DNA of 64,000 nucleotides from Squalus acanthias (GCA_030390025.1 CM059438.1:55678001-55742000), one strand, 5' to 3'; counted from the stretch's first letter, positions 14,101 through 29,100 are shown. The notes: generated by a model not told the origin, from the sequence alone. A program made the numbers and translations.

Positions 14101-17100
14101 CTGCACTCCCTCTGTGGCAAGTATATCCTTTCTTAGGTAAGGAGACCAAAACTGCACACAGTTCTCCAGGTGTGGTCTCACCAAGGCCCTGTATAACTGT
14201 AGTAAGACATCCTTGCTCCTGCACTCAAATCCTCTTGCAATGAAGGCCAACATACCATTTGCCTTCCTAACTGCTTGCTGCACCTGCATGTTTGCTTTCA
14301 GTGACTGGTGTCCAAGGACACCCAGGTCCCTTTGTACATCAACATTTCCCAATCTATCACCATTTAAATAATACTCTGCCTTTCTGTTTTTCCTACCGAA
14401 GTGGATAACTTCACATTTATCCACATTATACTGTATCTGCCATGTAGTTGCCCACTCACTCAACTTGTCTAAATCACCTTGAAGCCTCTTTGCATCCTCC
14501 TCACAACTCAACCTAGTTTCGTGTCGTCAGCAAACTTGAAAATATTACATTTGGTTCCCTCATCCAAATCATTGATATATATTGTGAATAGCCGGGGCCC
14601 AAGCACTGATCCCTGCGGTACCCCACTAGTCACCGCCTGCCACCCCAAAAAAGACCCATTTATTCCTACTCTCTGTTTCCTGTCTGTTAACCAATTTTCA
14701 ATCCATGCCAGTATATTACCCCCAATCCCATGTGCTTTAATTTTGCACACTAACCTCTTATGTGGGACTTTATCAAAGGCCTTCTGAAAATCCAAATACA
14801 CCCCATCCACTGGTTCTCCCTTATCTATTCTACCAGTTACATCCTCAAAAAACTCCCGTAGGTTTGTCAAACACGATTTCCCTTTCATAAATCCATGTTG
14901 ACTTTGTCTAATCCCGTTGATATTTTCTAAGTGTCCTGTTATCACATCCTTTATAATAGACTCTAGCATTTTCCCTACTACTGATGTTAGGCTATAGTCT
15001 GTAGTTCCCGGTTTTCTCTCTCCCTCCTTTTTTAAATAGTGGGGTTACATTTGCCACCTCCAATCTGCAGGAACTGTCCCATAATCTATAGAATTTTGGA
15101 AGATGACAACCAATGCATCCACTATTTCCATGGCTACCTCTTTTAGTACTCTGGGATGCAGATTATCAGGCCTCGGGGGTTTATCAGCTTTCAGTCCCAT
15201 TAATTTCTCCAGCACTATTTTTTTTACTAATACTAATTTCCTTTAATTCCTCCTTCTCACTAGGCCCTTGGTTGTCTAGCATTTCTGGGAAGTTATTTGT
15301 GTCCTCTTCCGTGAAGACAGAGCCAAAGTATTTGTTTAATTGCCCTGCCATTTCCTTGTTCCCCATTATAAATTCTCCCGTTTCTTACTGTAAGGGACCT
15401 ACATTTGTCTTCACTAATCTTTTTCTTTTTACATACTTGTAGAAACTTTTACAGTCCGCTTTTATGTTCCTTGCAAGTTTATTCTCATACTCTATTTTTC
15501 CCCTCTTAATCAATCTCTTGGTCCTTTTTTGCTGAATTTTAAACTGCTCCCAATCCTCAGGCTTGCTACTTTTTCTGGCAACTTTATATGACTCCTCTTT
15601 GGATCTAATACTATCCTTAATTTCTTTTGTTAGCCATGGTTGGGCCGCTTTTCCTTTTGTGTTTTTGCGCTAGAAAGGAATGTATAACTGTTGCAATTCA
15701 TGCATTCGTTCCTTAAATGTTAGCCATTGCCTATCCACCGTCATGCCTTTTAATGAAGCTTCCCAATCTATCATAGCCAACTCACTCCTCATACCTTCGT
15801 AGTTTCCTTTGTTTAGATTTAGGACCCTAGTTTCGGATTGGACTACTTTACTTTCCATCTTAATGAAGAATTCTATCATGTTATGGTCACTCTTCCCCAA
15901 AGGACCCCGCACAACAAGATTATTAATTAACCCCTTCTCATTGCACAATACCCAATCTAGGATAGCCTGTTCCCTAGTTGGCTCCTCAACGTACTGGTCT
16001 AAAAAACCATCTCGTACACACTCCAGGAATTCATCCTCCACAGTATTATTGCTAATTTGGTTTGGCCAGTTTATATGTAGATTAAAGTCACCCATGACTA
16101 CTGTAGTAGAAGGGAAGAAAACTGGGGTCACGGAGCTGGTGGGGTTCACCTGCAGGGTGAAGAAACTGTGCATCTTCAGGCTGACCACACACACACATCA
16201 ACAAATGGAGAGACATGTTCTCACCCCTCCATGGTGGCATTGGCTGTACGCTATTCCTCATGTATAACCACAATCACACATCTTACCCATCTTGGCCTCC
16301 AGTGCCTGTACTTTCAGCTCCATTTCCGCTCGAGTCTTTTCACTTTTCTGTAATTTTTGCAGCAAGCTCCCCACGTCCACCATTGCTCCATTATACACGA
16401 TCAGGTTGCTGCTTTCTGCCCCGTCGCTGGATTCTGGTTTCACTGTTAAACTAGGCAACAAGAGTTTGTTTCCTAAAATAAATACATAAAAAGGCACGTT
16501 ATCTCTGGAACCTGGGTTCAAATTTAGCCCATAATCATGGGATGGAAGACTCTGCTTGCTGTAATGGTCCTATGGGAAATGAGTTTGGGTAGTCTCAAAC
16601 GCTGCATCTGCCCTGTTGGATGGGACAGTGAAGAGGGAGCTTTACTCTGCATCTAACCCGTGCTGGACCTGCCCTGGGAGTGTTTGATGAGACAATCTAG
16701 AGGGAGCTTTACTCTGAAAAAGCAAATTATTATTTAAATGGAGACTACAAAATGCTGCGGTACAAAGGGATCTGGGGGTTCTAGTACATGAAACACAAAA
16801 AGTTAGCATGCAGGTACAGCAAGTAATTAGGAAGGCTAATGGAATGTTGGCCTTTATTGCAAGGGGTATAGAGTATAAAAATAGGGAAATTTTGATGCAA
16901 CGTTACAGGGCGCTGGTGAGACCGCACCTGGAGTACTGTGTACAGTTTTGGCCTCCATATTTAAGGAAGGATATACTTGCATTGGAGGCAGTGCAGAGAA
17001 GGTTCACTAGGTTGATTCCTGGGATGAAGGGGTTGACGTATGACGAAAGGTTGAGCAGGTTGGGTTTATACTCATTGGAGTTTAGAAGAATGGGAGGTAA

Positions 17101-20100
17101 TCTTATTGAAACATATAAGATTCTGAGGGGGATTGACAGGGTGGATGTTGAGAGGATGTTTCCCCTAGTGGGGGTATCTAGAACTAGGGGGCATAGCTTC
17201 AGAATAAGGGGTCGCCCATTTAAGACGGAGATGAGGAATTTCTTCCCTGACGGTCGTGAATCTTTGGAATTCTCTACCCCAGAGAGCTGTGGAGGCGGAG
17301 TCATTGAATATATTCAAGGCGGAGATTGACAGACATTTGAACTACAAGGGAGTCAAGGGGTATGGGGAGAGAGTGGGAAAGTGGTGTTGAGGCCAAGATT
17401 GGATCAGCCATGATCTTATTCAATGGCGGAGCAGGCTCGAGGGGCGATTGGCCTACTCCTGCTCCTGTTTCTTATGTTCTTTACTCTGTATCTAACCCGT
17501 GCTGTATCTGCCCTGGGAGTGTTTGATGGGACAGTGTAGAGGGAGCTTCACTCTGTATCTAACCCGTGCTGTACCTGCCCTGGGAGTGTCTGATGGGACA
17601 GTGTAGAGGGAGCTTTACTCTGTATCTAACCCGTGCTGTACCTGCCCTGGGAGTGTCTGATGGGACAGTGTAGAGGGAGCTTTACTCTGTATCTAACCCG
17701 TGCTGTACCTGTCCTGGGAGTGTTTGATGGGGACAGTGTAGAGGGAGCTTTACTCTGTATCTAACTCATGCTCTACTTGCCCAGGGAGTGTTTGATGGGA
17801 CAGTGTAGAGGGAGCTTCACTCTGTATCTAACCCGTGCTGTGCCTGCCCTGGGAGTGTTTGACGGAACAATGTAGAGGGAGCTTCACTCTGTATCTAACC
17901 CGTGCTGTACCTGATACTGGGTGCCTGAAATGCAAAGTGGTCCATTTATCAGGACTAATACCTCTCACCTAGATCAGCACAACATTTACACAAAAGTGGT
18001 GAAGCCTAAATAAACCATTAATCACAGAATGGGTTCTCAGGGATAAACTGGAGTTAAAGCTGCTTCAAATTATGATGCGGAGATGCCGGTGTTGGACTGG
18101 GGTGGACAAAAGTGAGAAGTCGCACAACACCAGGTTATAGTCCAACAGCTTTATTTGAAATCACAAGCTTTCGGAGCTGCTGCTCCTTCGTCAGGTGAAG
18201 TGAAGAAATACAAATGGGCACAGCATATATAGTCAGAGAACAATGCCTGTGTAGAGAACAATTCCAGACGACTACAGTTAATCTTTCTAACTGCCCTTTA
18301 TCACACCTCGGCAGAGAGATAATCACGTCAATCAAATCCAACCAGATTATGCTCAGAGAGGTAGCAACAGAAAGCCAGTCCAGATTAAACTGGACTTCAA
18401 GCTGTACCAGTCTCGCCCAGCATGGTGTGGGCATGCAGTGGAAATGCTATGCACAAACCAGAGACAATAAATGGGCCTACTGTTTATCCAGGAAACGCTA
18501 TCCCACATTACTCTAGGCACAAGATCAAGCTTCAGTTTAGAGCTTGTCTGTGGGAGCTGGCTCTTGTGCTGGGCATAAGACAAAGTATCTGGAGAAGCCT
18601 GAATTGCAATAAGGAGTTTCCCAATTGTGAGGGCCTGGGAGAGGATGAATTGGAGAAGGTACAATATAAATGTGGTACAGTACCCAACAAATTATCACAT
18701 TCCATCTCACTCTCTGCCACTTTTACTTCGTCTTTCGAGCCATCAGTTAGCTTCCTGTACTGGCAAGTGTCTCGTAGCACCACTTTACTGATTAACTTCT
18801 TAACCTGGAAACAAAAATAAAAAACACGTGATTAGTACGAGAAAACCTCTTTTTCCCCTCCCTTCTTCTGAAGCTCTTCAGTATCTCATGTAAGTGACTA
18901 TTGTTCAGATATGAGCCTAGATAGGGAGTGTCCGCAGGAAATTCAACTATGGTCATTTCGCATCCTGTATCAGTACAGCAGGAATCACTGTACACCCATT
19001 GGGAGTGGAAATCCTGGCTGAATGCTAGCCCAGGGGCACTGAGGCCAAGTGAAGCCTCAGCTGGGATCAGTTAAACACAGCAAAGACTGGGAATAGAAGG
19101 TGGAAATCTCCTGGTCTTTAGGATTCAGCTAGATATTGACTTTACCAATGGAGACATCGAGGGAGTGTAAAATTACTGCTCAGAACCACAGTCACTGGAC
19201 AGTACCAGAAACAGGAACCCTGTTTTTTTTCCTTTCCCTTCCCTAGTCCAGGGGGACTTCGATAATTTGTGACGGCCAGATTTCTGCAATGCCGAGAGAC
19301 GACAGCGCACAATTTGGAGCCGGGTGGGGAGCTGTCGGGGGTCTGGGTTGTGCCAGATTGTCCACCGCTCTGACTGATGTGGTTTATTCGTGTTTTTGCT
19401 TACTTGGCTAATATTCGTTTGACTTCACTGTGGATTTGTTAGTGGCCGTAAAGCACCACATCATTTGTATCTGTGTTTCCTGGACTGTGACGGCACAAAC
19501 TGAAGAGGAACTGTACCTGTGCACGGGAAAGGTGCAGTCCCAGAGTGTAGATGATTTCTTCCAGATCTTTCTCAAGCAGATAACCACAGTAACTTTGATC
19601 AAAATAAACAAAGGCGAGAAGGAGATCCTTGTTGTGTGTGAACAGCTGTTTCTTTTCCTTAAAAAGAGTCAAAACAAGTCCAGTCAGATTTTATAAATGA
19701 TCCATGGTTATAGCCTGGAAACTGTGCTTTGTTTGGTCCTGTCTCGAACCCTTACCCGGTACTTTCACTGAGCTTATTAGTGCATTGGTACCAGCACGCT
19801 ACAGGAAAGATCACACTGAAACCAGTATAGGTCTCGTGTCATACTCTCAAATCATCTGCAAAGTTGTCAACTCCCCATTGTTCGCCTACTCCCACCACCA
19901 GTGCCACAATTATACCCACCAAACCTTCACCCTGCTATTCAAACAGTTCAGAATGCTCTCTCAGACACAACCCAAGTGTGGATGGACAAAAACCTGCTGG
20001 GTGTTTTTCACAGCTCAAGTGGACACAGTGTGGAAAAATTAACACACATCCAACACCAATGTTCCCTCTCATTTGTTTTGGGGCCGCACAAGTCCCTTGA

Positions 20101-23100
20101 ACAGGCTGCTCCCATTCAAAATTCCGTGCATGCGTGGTTTTTCCATTTAAAAGCTGGCGAGCCGGCTGTGCGGGACCTCCAGGGCGCCGGGCGGGACCTC
20201 CAGGGCGCCGCACCTCCAGAGCGCGGCGCAGGACCTCCAGAGCACCGCACCACCAGAGCGCCGGGCGGGACCTCCAGAGCGCGGCGCGGGACCTCCAGAG
20301 CACCGCACCACCAGAGCGCCGGGCGGGACCTCCAGAGCGCGGCGCGGGACCTCCAGAGCACCGCACCACCAGAGCGCCGGGCGGGACCTCCAGAGCGCGG
20401 CGCGGGACCCCCAGAGCGCCGGGCGGGACCCCCAGAGCGCCGGGCGGGACCCCCAGAGCGCCGGGCGGGACCTCCAGAGCGCCGGGCGGGACCTCCAGAG
20501 CGCCGGGCGGGACCCCCAGAGCGCCGGGCGGGACCTCCAGAGCGCCGGGCGGGACCTCCAGAGCGCCGCGCGGGACCTCCAGAGCGCCGCGCGGCCACGC
20601 AGCTTAAAGGGAACATTGTCCAACATCCCACTTCACCAAAATCCTGCTGACAGCACCGAGCCTCAAACTGAGTCCGTACCTTATCTTTGGATGTGCTCTC
20701 TCTGGATCTCCTCGCTCCTTCCCGCCGGTCATCTTTTCGATCTCTGCCGTTGTCTTCCTCATCTCTATCTGTTGAGATAAAAGTTTTGAATAAAATATGT
20801 CGAGTGAGGTTGCTCACAGTAACATTGGATAAGATGGACAAGAGTGTAATACCATTTAATGCACATTTTCTTCTGCCAAAGTGCAACTGTGTTTAAGATC
20901 ACATGTTCCTTTCACATGATAATTAAACACAGGCTGAGGTCACTCCGAGTAAGTTGTTCTTTGCTCAGGGAACTTTGCAAATAAGTTTCTAGTTGCAGGT
21001 CAGAGGCAACATTTACATTATGCTCGACAATGGAGTCAGCGCGAGGGAACGCGCCACAATGGAGTCAGCGCGAGGGAACGCGCCACAATGGAGTCAGCGC
21101 GAGGGAACGCTCCACAATGGAGTCAGCGCGAGGGAACGCTCCACAATGGAGTCAGCGCGAGGGAACGCTCCACAATGGAGTCAGCGCGAGGGAACGCTCC
21201 ACAATGGAGTCAGTGCGAGGGAACGCGCGACAATGGAGTCAGCGCGAGGGAACGCTCCACAATGGAGTCAGCGCGAGGGAACGCTCCACAATGGAGTCAG
21301 CGCGAGGGAACACTCCACAATGGAGTCAGCGCGAGGGAACGCGCGACAATGGAGTCAGCGCGAGGGAACGCGCCACAATGGAGTCAGCGCGAGGGAACGC
21401 GCCACAATGGAGTCAGCTGGTAGATCAGTGGATCCTCTGGTTGTTGTCGTCGGTCACCCTGCTAGGTGGTTTCCAGTCTGGGTACCTGAATCTGCCACTG
21501 TCCAAGTACGGGGAGAGGGAGGAGGAGGGTACGGGGAGGGGGAGGAGGAGGGAACGGGGAGGGAGAGGGTACGGGTACGGGGAGGGGCAGCGAGAGCTGG
21601 GGGGGAGGGAGCGCCGCCATAGAGTCTGAGGCCCGAGAAGATAATGAAAGTAAGTAAAAGAATTAATCAGCAAAGTTCAGTACATTTGTGCAAACAATGT
21701 AATTTTTATAGAATCATAGAAAGTTACAGCACGGAAGGAGGCCATTTTGGCCCATCGTGTCCGTGCCGGCCAACAAAGAGCTATCCAGCCTAATCCCACT
21801 TCCCAGCTCTTGGTCCGTAGCCCTGCAGGTTACAGCATAACAAGTGCACATCCAAGTACTTTTTAAATGTGGTTAGGGTTTCTGCCTCTACCACCCTTTC
21901 AGGCAGTGAGTTCCAGACCCCCACAACCCTCTGGGTGAAGAAATTTCCCCTCAAATCCCCACTAAACCTTCCCCCAATTACTTTAAATCTGTGCCCCCTG
22001 GTTTTTGACCCCTCTGCTAAGGGAAATAGGTCCTCTGTATCCACTTTATCTATGCCCCTCATAATTTTATACACCTCAATAAGGTCTCCCCTCAGCCTCC
22101 TCTGTTCCAAGGAAAACAGACCCAGCCTATCCAGTCTTTCCTCATAGCTAAGATTCTCTACTCCCGGCAACATCCTTGTAAATCTCCCCTGTACCCTCTC
22201 TAGTGCAATCACATCTTTCCTGTAATGTGATGACCAGAACTGCACGCAGTACTCTAGCGGAGGCCTAACTAGCGTTTTATACAGTTGAGGCATAACCCCC
22301 CCGCTCTTGTATTCTATGCCACGGCTAATAAAGGCAAGCATTCCGAGTGCCTTCTTAACCACCTTATCTACCTGGCCTGCTACCTTCAGGGATCTGTGGA
22401 CATGCACTCCAAGGTCCCTTTGTTCCTCTACACTACTCAGTGTCCTACCATTTAATGTGTATTCCCTTTCCTTGTTAGCCCTCCCCAAATGCATTACCTC
22501 AAACTTCTCCGGATTGAATTCCATTTGCCACTGTTTTGCCCACCTGACCAATTTATTGATATCTTCCTGCAGTCTACAGCTTCCTTCTTCAGTATCAACC
22601 ACACAGCTGATTTTAGTATCATCTGCAAACTTCTTAATCATACCCCCAATATTCAAGTCAAGATGGTTGATATATACCACAAAAAGCAAGGGACCTAGTA
22701 CTGAGCCCTGCGGAACCCCACTGGAAACAGCCTTCCAGTCACAAAAACACCCATCAACCCTCTGCTTCCTGTCTCCGAGCCAGTTTTGAATCCAACTTGA
22801 CACTTTGCCCTGGATCCCATGGGCTTTTAACTTCGTGTCCAGTCTGCCATGTGGAACCTTATCAAAAGCCTTGCTAAAGTCCATATAAACTACATCAAAC
22901 GCACTACCCTCATCTACCCTCCTTGTTACCTCCACAAAAAATTCAATCAAGTTTGTCAGACATGACCTTCCCTTAACAAATCCGTGCTGACTATCCTTGA
23001 TTAATCCGTGTCTTTCAAAATGAAGATTTATCCTGTCCTTCAGAATTCTTTCCAATAATTTTCCCACCACTGAGGTTAGGCTGACTGGCCTGTAATTACT

Positions 23101-26100
23101 CGGTCTATCCTTTTCTCCCTTTTTAAACAAGGGTACCACATTAGCAGTCCTCCAGCACCACAACTGAAGCCAGAGAGGATTGAAAAATGATGGTCAGGGC
23201 CTCTGCTATTTCCTCTTTTGCTTCGCTTAACAGCCTGGGATACATTTCATCCGGGCCTGGGGATTTATCCACTTTTAGGTCTTTATTTTGAGACACATTT
23301 ACTTTGAGTGCAGGACATTTGAGTTTGGGAGAAAATATGGCTGCGATTGAAGCATAAAGTAATTTAAATGGTTTACTTTTGTTTTTGTTAGTTGTCAGAG
23401 TTATAGATTTGGAACTAATGAGATTGCGTTTTACTGATTATATAATCTAACACAAATTGTCACAACCAAACAAAAATTACCTCCTAAAACATTCAGAAAT
23501 TCATCATTGAAACATTTTGTGCGACTATGCCAGACAGATGAGGAGGCTCGGATTCTTATTCTGCTGCTAACAGCACTGGCAGCCCTCATGCACCTCACCC
23601 AATTAGACACTCTTCATGCGAGAGCCCAGACAGTTAGCGTTGACCAGCTAATCAACTGCAGGAAGCCTCACAGTTGAGCCCAATCTTGTCCTCCCCCCTA
23701 CGCCCACATACGTGCACTTAGCAGCAGTCATGGAGAAGTGATGAGGAGCAGGATCCCTGTCTGATTCTCCGCTCTCCTTATCCCAAGGGCTCTAAAGCCT
23801 GACTGAGATCCACCAGCATGCCCACAACTTTTACCTTCTTCATCCTCATCCTCAGCATCTTCTGCATCCAAAGGATCATAATCATCCTGGTTTGGGCCAT
23901 CTTCCATTTCATCCTCCTCCTTAGAATCGTCCCTTTTTCTTAAACTTTTCTCATCCTTGTCTTTTTCTTCTTTCTACAATGTTTCATGAAAATGCTTTGA
24001 TTATTTTTATACCATGAGTGCATTACATTTTCCAGTTATGAAATTTAGCCACATTTAACACAAACCATGCGTCTGGATTTATGATATTTCTAACCATCGA
24101 TCAAATGGTGCAGTTCAGACGATAAAAGGAAGAGACGAGATGAACACAAACAATGCCACCTGGCTGGAAGAGCGAGGATGCGAGACGACAATCGCAGAAT
24201 CAGCAGCGGATACACACAAAGGGGGAGATTAAAGCAACATTTCCACACAGTTATCAGAATGAGGAATGCCTTGCCACCAGTGGTGAGTGATGTTAAATTA
24301 ATTGCAGCATTCAAAAAGGAACTGGATGACAGCTGAAAAAAGGGGAATATAGGAAGGTCTGAGCAAAAGAGCAAGAAAAGAGACATGTCACCACAGGGAC
24401 ACTGAGCTCTGGGGTATCTCACCATAGGGACACTGAGCTCTGGGGTATCTCACCATAGGGACACTGAGCTCTGGGGTATCTCACCATAGGGACACTGAGC
24501 TCTGGGGTATCTCACCATAGAGACACTGAGCTTTGGGGTATCTCACCATAGGGACACTGAGCTCTGGGGTATCTCACCATAGAGACACTGAGCTTTGGGG
24601 TATCTCACCATAGGGACACTGAGCTCTGGGGTATCTCACCATAGGGACACTGAGCTCTGGGGTATCTCACCATAGGGACACTGAGCTCTGGGGTATCTCA
24701 CCATAGGGACACTGAGCTCTGGGGTATCTCACCATAGGGACACTGAGCTCTGGGGTATCTCACCATAGGGACACTGAGCTCTGGGTATCTCACCATAGAG
24801 ACACTGAGCTCTGGGGTATCTCACAATAGAGACACTGAGCTCTGGGGTATCTCACCATAGGGACACTGAGCTCTGGGGTATCTCACCATAGAGACACTGA
24901 GCTCTGGGGTATCTCACCATAGAGACACTGAGCTCTGGGGTATCTCACCATAGGGACACTGAGCTCTGGGGTATCTCACCATAGAGACACTGAGCACTGG
25001 GGTATCTCACCATAGAGACACTGAGCTCTGGGGTATCTCACCATAGGGACACTGAGCTCTGGGGTATCTCACCATAGGGACACTGAGCTCTGGGGTATCT
25101 CACCATAGAGACACTGAGCTCTGGGGTATCTCACCAACAGGACACTGAGCTCTGGGGTATCTCACCCACAGGACACTGAGCTCTGGGGTATCTCACCCAC
25201 AGGACACTGAGCTCTGGGGTATCTCACCCACAGGACACTGAGCTCTGGGGTATCTCACCCACAGGACACTGAGCTCTGGGGTATCTCACCCACAGGACAC
25301 TGAGCTCTGGGGTATCTCACCATAGAGACACTGAGCTCTGGGGTATCTCACCATAGAGACACTGAGCTCTGGGGTATCTCACCATAGGGACACTGAGCTC
25401 TGGGGTATCTCACCCACAGGGACACTGAGCTCTGGGGTATCTCACCATAGAGACACTGAGCTCTGGGGTATCTCACCCACAGGGACACTGAGCTCTGGGG
25501 TATCTCACCATAGAGACACTGAGCTCTGGGGTATCTCACCCACAGGGACACTGAGCTCTCGGGTATCTCACCATAGAAACACTGAGCTCTCGGGGTATCT
25601 CACCATAGGGACACTGAGCTCTGGGGTATCTCACCATAGGGACACTGAGCTCTGGGGTATCTCACCCACAGGACACTGAGCTCTGGGGTATCTCACCATA
25701 GGGACACTGAGCTCTGGGGTATCTCACCATAGGGACACTGAGCTCTGGGGTATCTCACCCACAGGACACTGAGCTCTGGGGTATCTCACCATAGGGACAC
25801 TGAGCTCTGGGGTATCTCACCCACAGGACACTGAGCTCTGGGGTATCTCACCATAGGGACACTGAGCTCTGGGGTATCTCACCCACAGGACACTGAGCTC
25901 TGGGGTATCTCACCAACAGGACACTGAGCTCTGCGGTATCTCACCATAGGGACACTGAGCTCTGGGGTATCTCACCATAGAGACACTGAGCTCTGGGGTA
26001 TCTCACCATAGAGACACTGAGCTCTGGGATATCTCACCATAGAGACACTGAGCTCTGGGGTATCTCACCATAGGGACACTGAGCTCTCGGGTATCTCACC

Positions 26101-29100
26101 CACAGGACACTGAGCTCTGGGGTATCTCACCCACAGGACACTGAGCTCTGGGGTATCTCACCATAGGGACACTGAGCTCTCGGGTATCTCACCCACAGGA
26201 CACTGAGCTCTGGGGTATCTCACCCACAGGACACTGAGCTCTGGGGTATCTCACCATAGGGACACTGAGCTCTGGGGTATCTCACCCACAGGACACTGAG
26301 CTCTGGGGTATCTCACCATAGGGACACTGAGCTCTGGGGTATCTCACCCACAGGACACTGAGCTCTGGGGTATCTCACCATAGGGACACTGAGCTCTGGG
26401 GTATCTCACCCACAGGACACTGAGCTCTGGGGTATCTCACCAACAGGACACTGAGCTCTGCGGTATCTCACCATAGGGACACTGAGCTCTGGGGTATCTC
26501 ACCATAGAGACACTGAGCTCTGGGGTATCTCACCATAGAGACACTGAGCTCTGGGATATCTCACCATAGAGACACTGAGCTCTGGGGTATCTCACCATAG
26601 GGACACTGAGCTCTCGGGTATCTCACCCACAGGACACTGAGCTCTGGGGTATCTCACCCACAGGACACTGAGCTCTGGGGTATCTCACCATAGGGACACT
26701 GAGCTCTCGGGTATCTCACCCACAGGACACTGAGCTCTGGGGTATTTCACCAACAGCACACTGAGCTCTGGGGTATCTCACCATAGGGACACTGAGCTCT
26801 CGGGTATCTCACCATAGAGACACTGAGCTCTCGGGTATCTCACCATAGGGACATGGAGCTCTGGGGTATCTCACCATAGAGACACTGAGCTCTGGGGTAT
26901 CTCACCCACAGGACACTGAGCTCTGGGGTATCTCACCATAGGGACACTGAGCTCTGGGGTATCTCACCATAGAGACACTGAGCTCTCGGGTATCTCACCA
27001 TAGGGACATGGAGCTCTGGGGTATCTCACCATAGAGACACTGAGCTCTGGGGTATCTCACCCACAGGACACTGAGCTCTGGGGTATCTCACCATAGGGAC
27101 ACTGAGCTCTGGGGTATCTCACCATAGGGACACTGAGCTCTGGGGTATCTCACCATAGGGACACTGAGCTCTGGGGTATCTCACCCACAGGGACACTGAG
27201 CTCTGGGGTATCTCACCATAGGGACACTGAGCTCTCGGGTATCTCACCATAGAGACACTGAGCTCTCGGGTATCTCACCTACATGCTCATTATCCGTATG
27301 TGAGACTCGATATTGAATATCGGCTGGCTGTGCAGCCACAGAGAAGCATAGCCGAGCCTGATATAATCCTCAATGCTGCCCTACTACACTGGGCAGTGCC
27401 TCCGCTGCACATAGATCCTGTGGTGTCAATATTATGCTGATGGTTAACTCACTGATACCCTGGGTAACAGAAACATGCTGCAGTACTCATTGAATTGATC
27501 CTGTTTACAACACATTGCCTGTATCGTCCAGTACCTTACGCCCGTCCCGCTCGTCTTTCTTATCTTTTTCATCTCCTGATTTTCTCCTTTTGGTCTTTGG
27601 CTCATTGCTCTCTTCATCTTTTTCTTCTTTTTTCTCCTTTTTCTCACCCTCTTTTTTTTCTTCTTTTCGGTCTTTCTTCTCTTTTTCTTTTTTATCATCT
27701 TTTTCCGGGAGAGTAACCAGTGCTTTGTATATTCGATAACCAAAGTCCCTCTGTAGCATTTCATTGAAGAGTTCAGCAAACAGGGAGACCTGGAGGAAAA
27801 CAGTGCCATGGAGAAACTCATTACAATAGCAGAAAGAATCACAATCGGAGTGCCAAAACTGGCCTCAGTGTCCTTCCCAGTGGGCGCGGATGATGGAGTC
27901 AGCCCGAGCTCCTACTCCTGATTACAGTGCAGAGACTCCTGCTGGAAGGAGCACACATGTGGACACTGGGTGTGGGCTAGGATGTAACTGGGCAGCCTGC
28001 TGACACACACACAAACAGTGGATTCTTCAGGAATATCCCAGTGGCTACCGGCACCCATTAAACCTACCCCAGAATCATTCAATCATAGAAAGTTACAGCA
28101 CAGAAGCAGGCCATTTCAGCCCATCGTGTCCGCGCCGGCCAACAAAGAGCTATGCAGCTTAATCCCACTTCCCAGCTCTTGGTCCGTAGCCCTGCAGGTT
28201 ACAGCATCCCAAGTGCACATCCAAGTACTTTTTAAATGTGGTTCGGGTTCCTGCCTCTACCACCCTTTCAGGCAGTGAGTTCCAGACCCCCACAACCCTC
28301 TGGGTGAAGAAATTTCCCCTCAAATCCCCTCTAAACCTTCCCTCAATTACTTTAAATCTGTGCCCCCTGGTTTTTGACCCCTCTGCTAAGGGAAATAGGT
28401 CCTCTGTATCCACTTTATCTATGCCCCTCATAATTTTATACACCTCAATAAGGTCTCCCCTCAGCCTCCTCTGTTCCAAGGAAACCAAACCCAGCCTATT
28501 CAGTCTTTCCTCATAGCTAAGAATCTCTACTCCCGGTAACATCCTTGTAAATCTCCTCTGTACCCTCTCTAGTGCAATCACATCTTTCCTGTAATGTGAT
28601 GACCAGAACTGCACGCAGTACTCTAGCTGAGGCCTAACTAGTATTTTATACAGTTGAAGCATAACCCCCCTGCTCTTGTATTCTATGCCACGGCTAATAA
28701 AGGCAAGCATTCCGAGTGCCTTCTTAACCACCTTATCTACCTGGCCTGCTACCTTCAGGGATCTGTGGACATGCACTCCAAGGTCCCTTTGTTCCTCTAC
28801 ACTACTCAGTGTCCTACCATTTAATGTGTATTCCCTTTCCTTGTTAGCCCTCCCCAAATGCATTACCTTAACTTCTCCAGATTGAATTCCATTTGCCACT
28901 GTTCTGCCCACCTGACCAATTTATTGATATCTTCCTGCAGTCTACAGCTTCCTTCTTCAGTATCAACCACACAGCTGATTTTAGTATCATCTGCAAACTT
29001 CTTAATCATACCCCCTATATTCAAGTCTAGATCATTGATATATACCACAAAAAGCAAGGGACCTACTGAGCCCTGCGGAACCCCACTGGAAACAGCCTTC

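Noticed and set aside
27538..27540. Alternative donor C|GTAAGG 5 nt upstream of the chosen w13 donor
   Set aside because: It gives phase 1, incompatible with the phase-0 start of exon w14.
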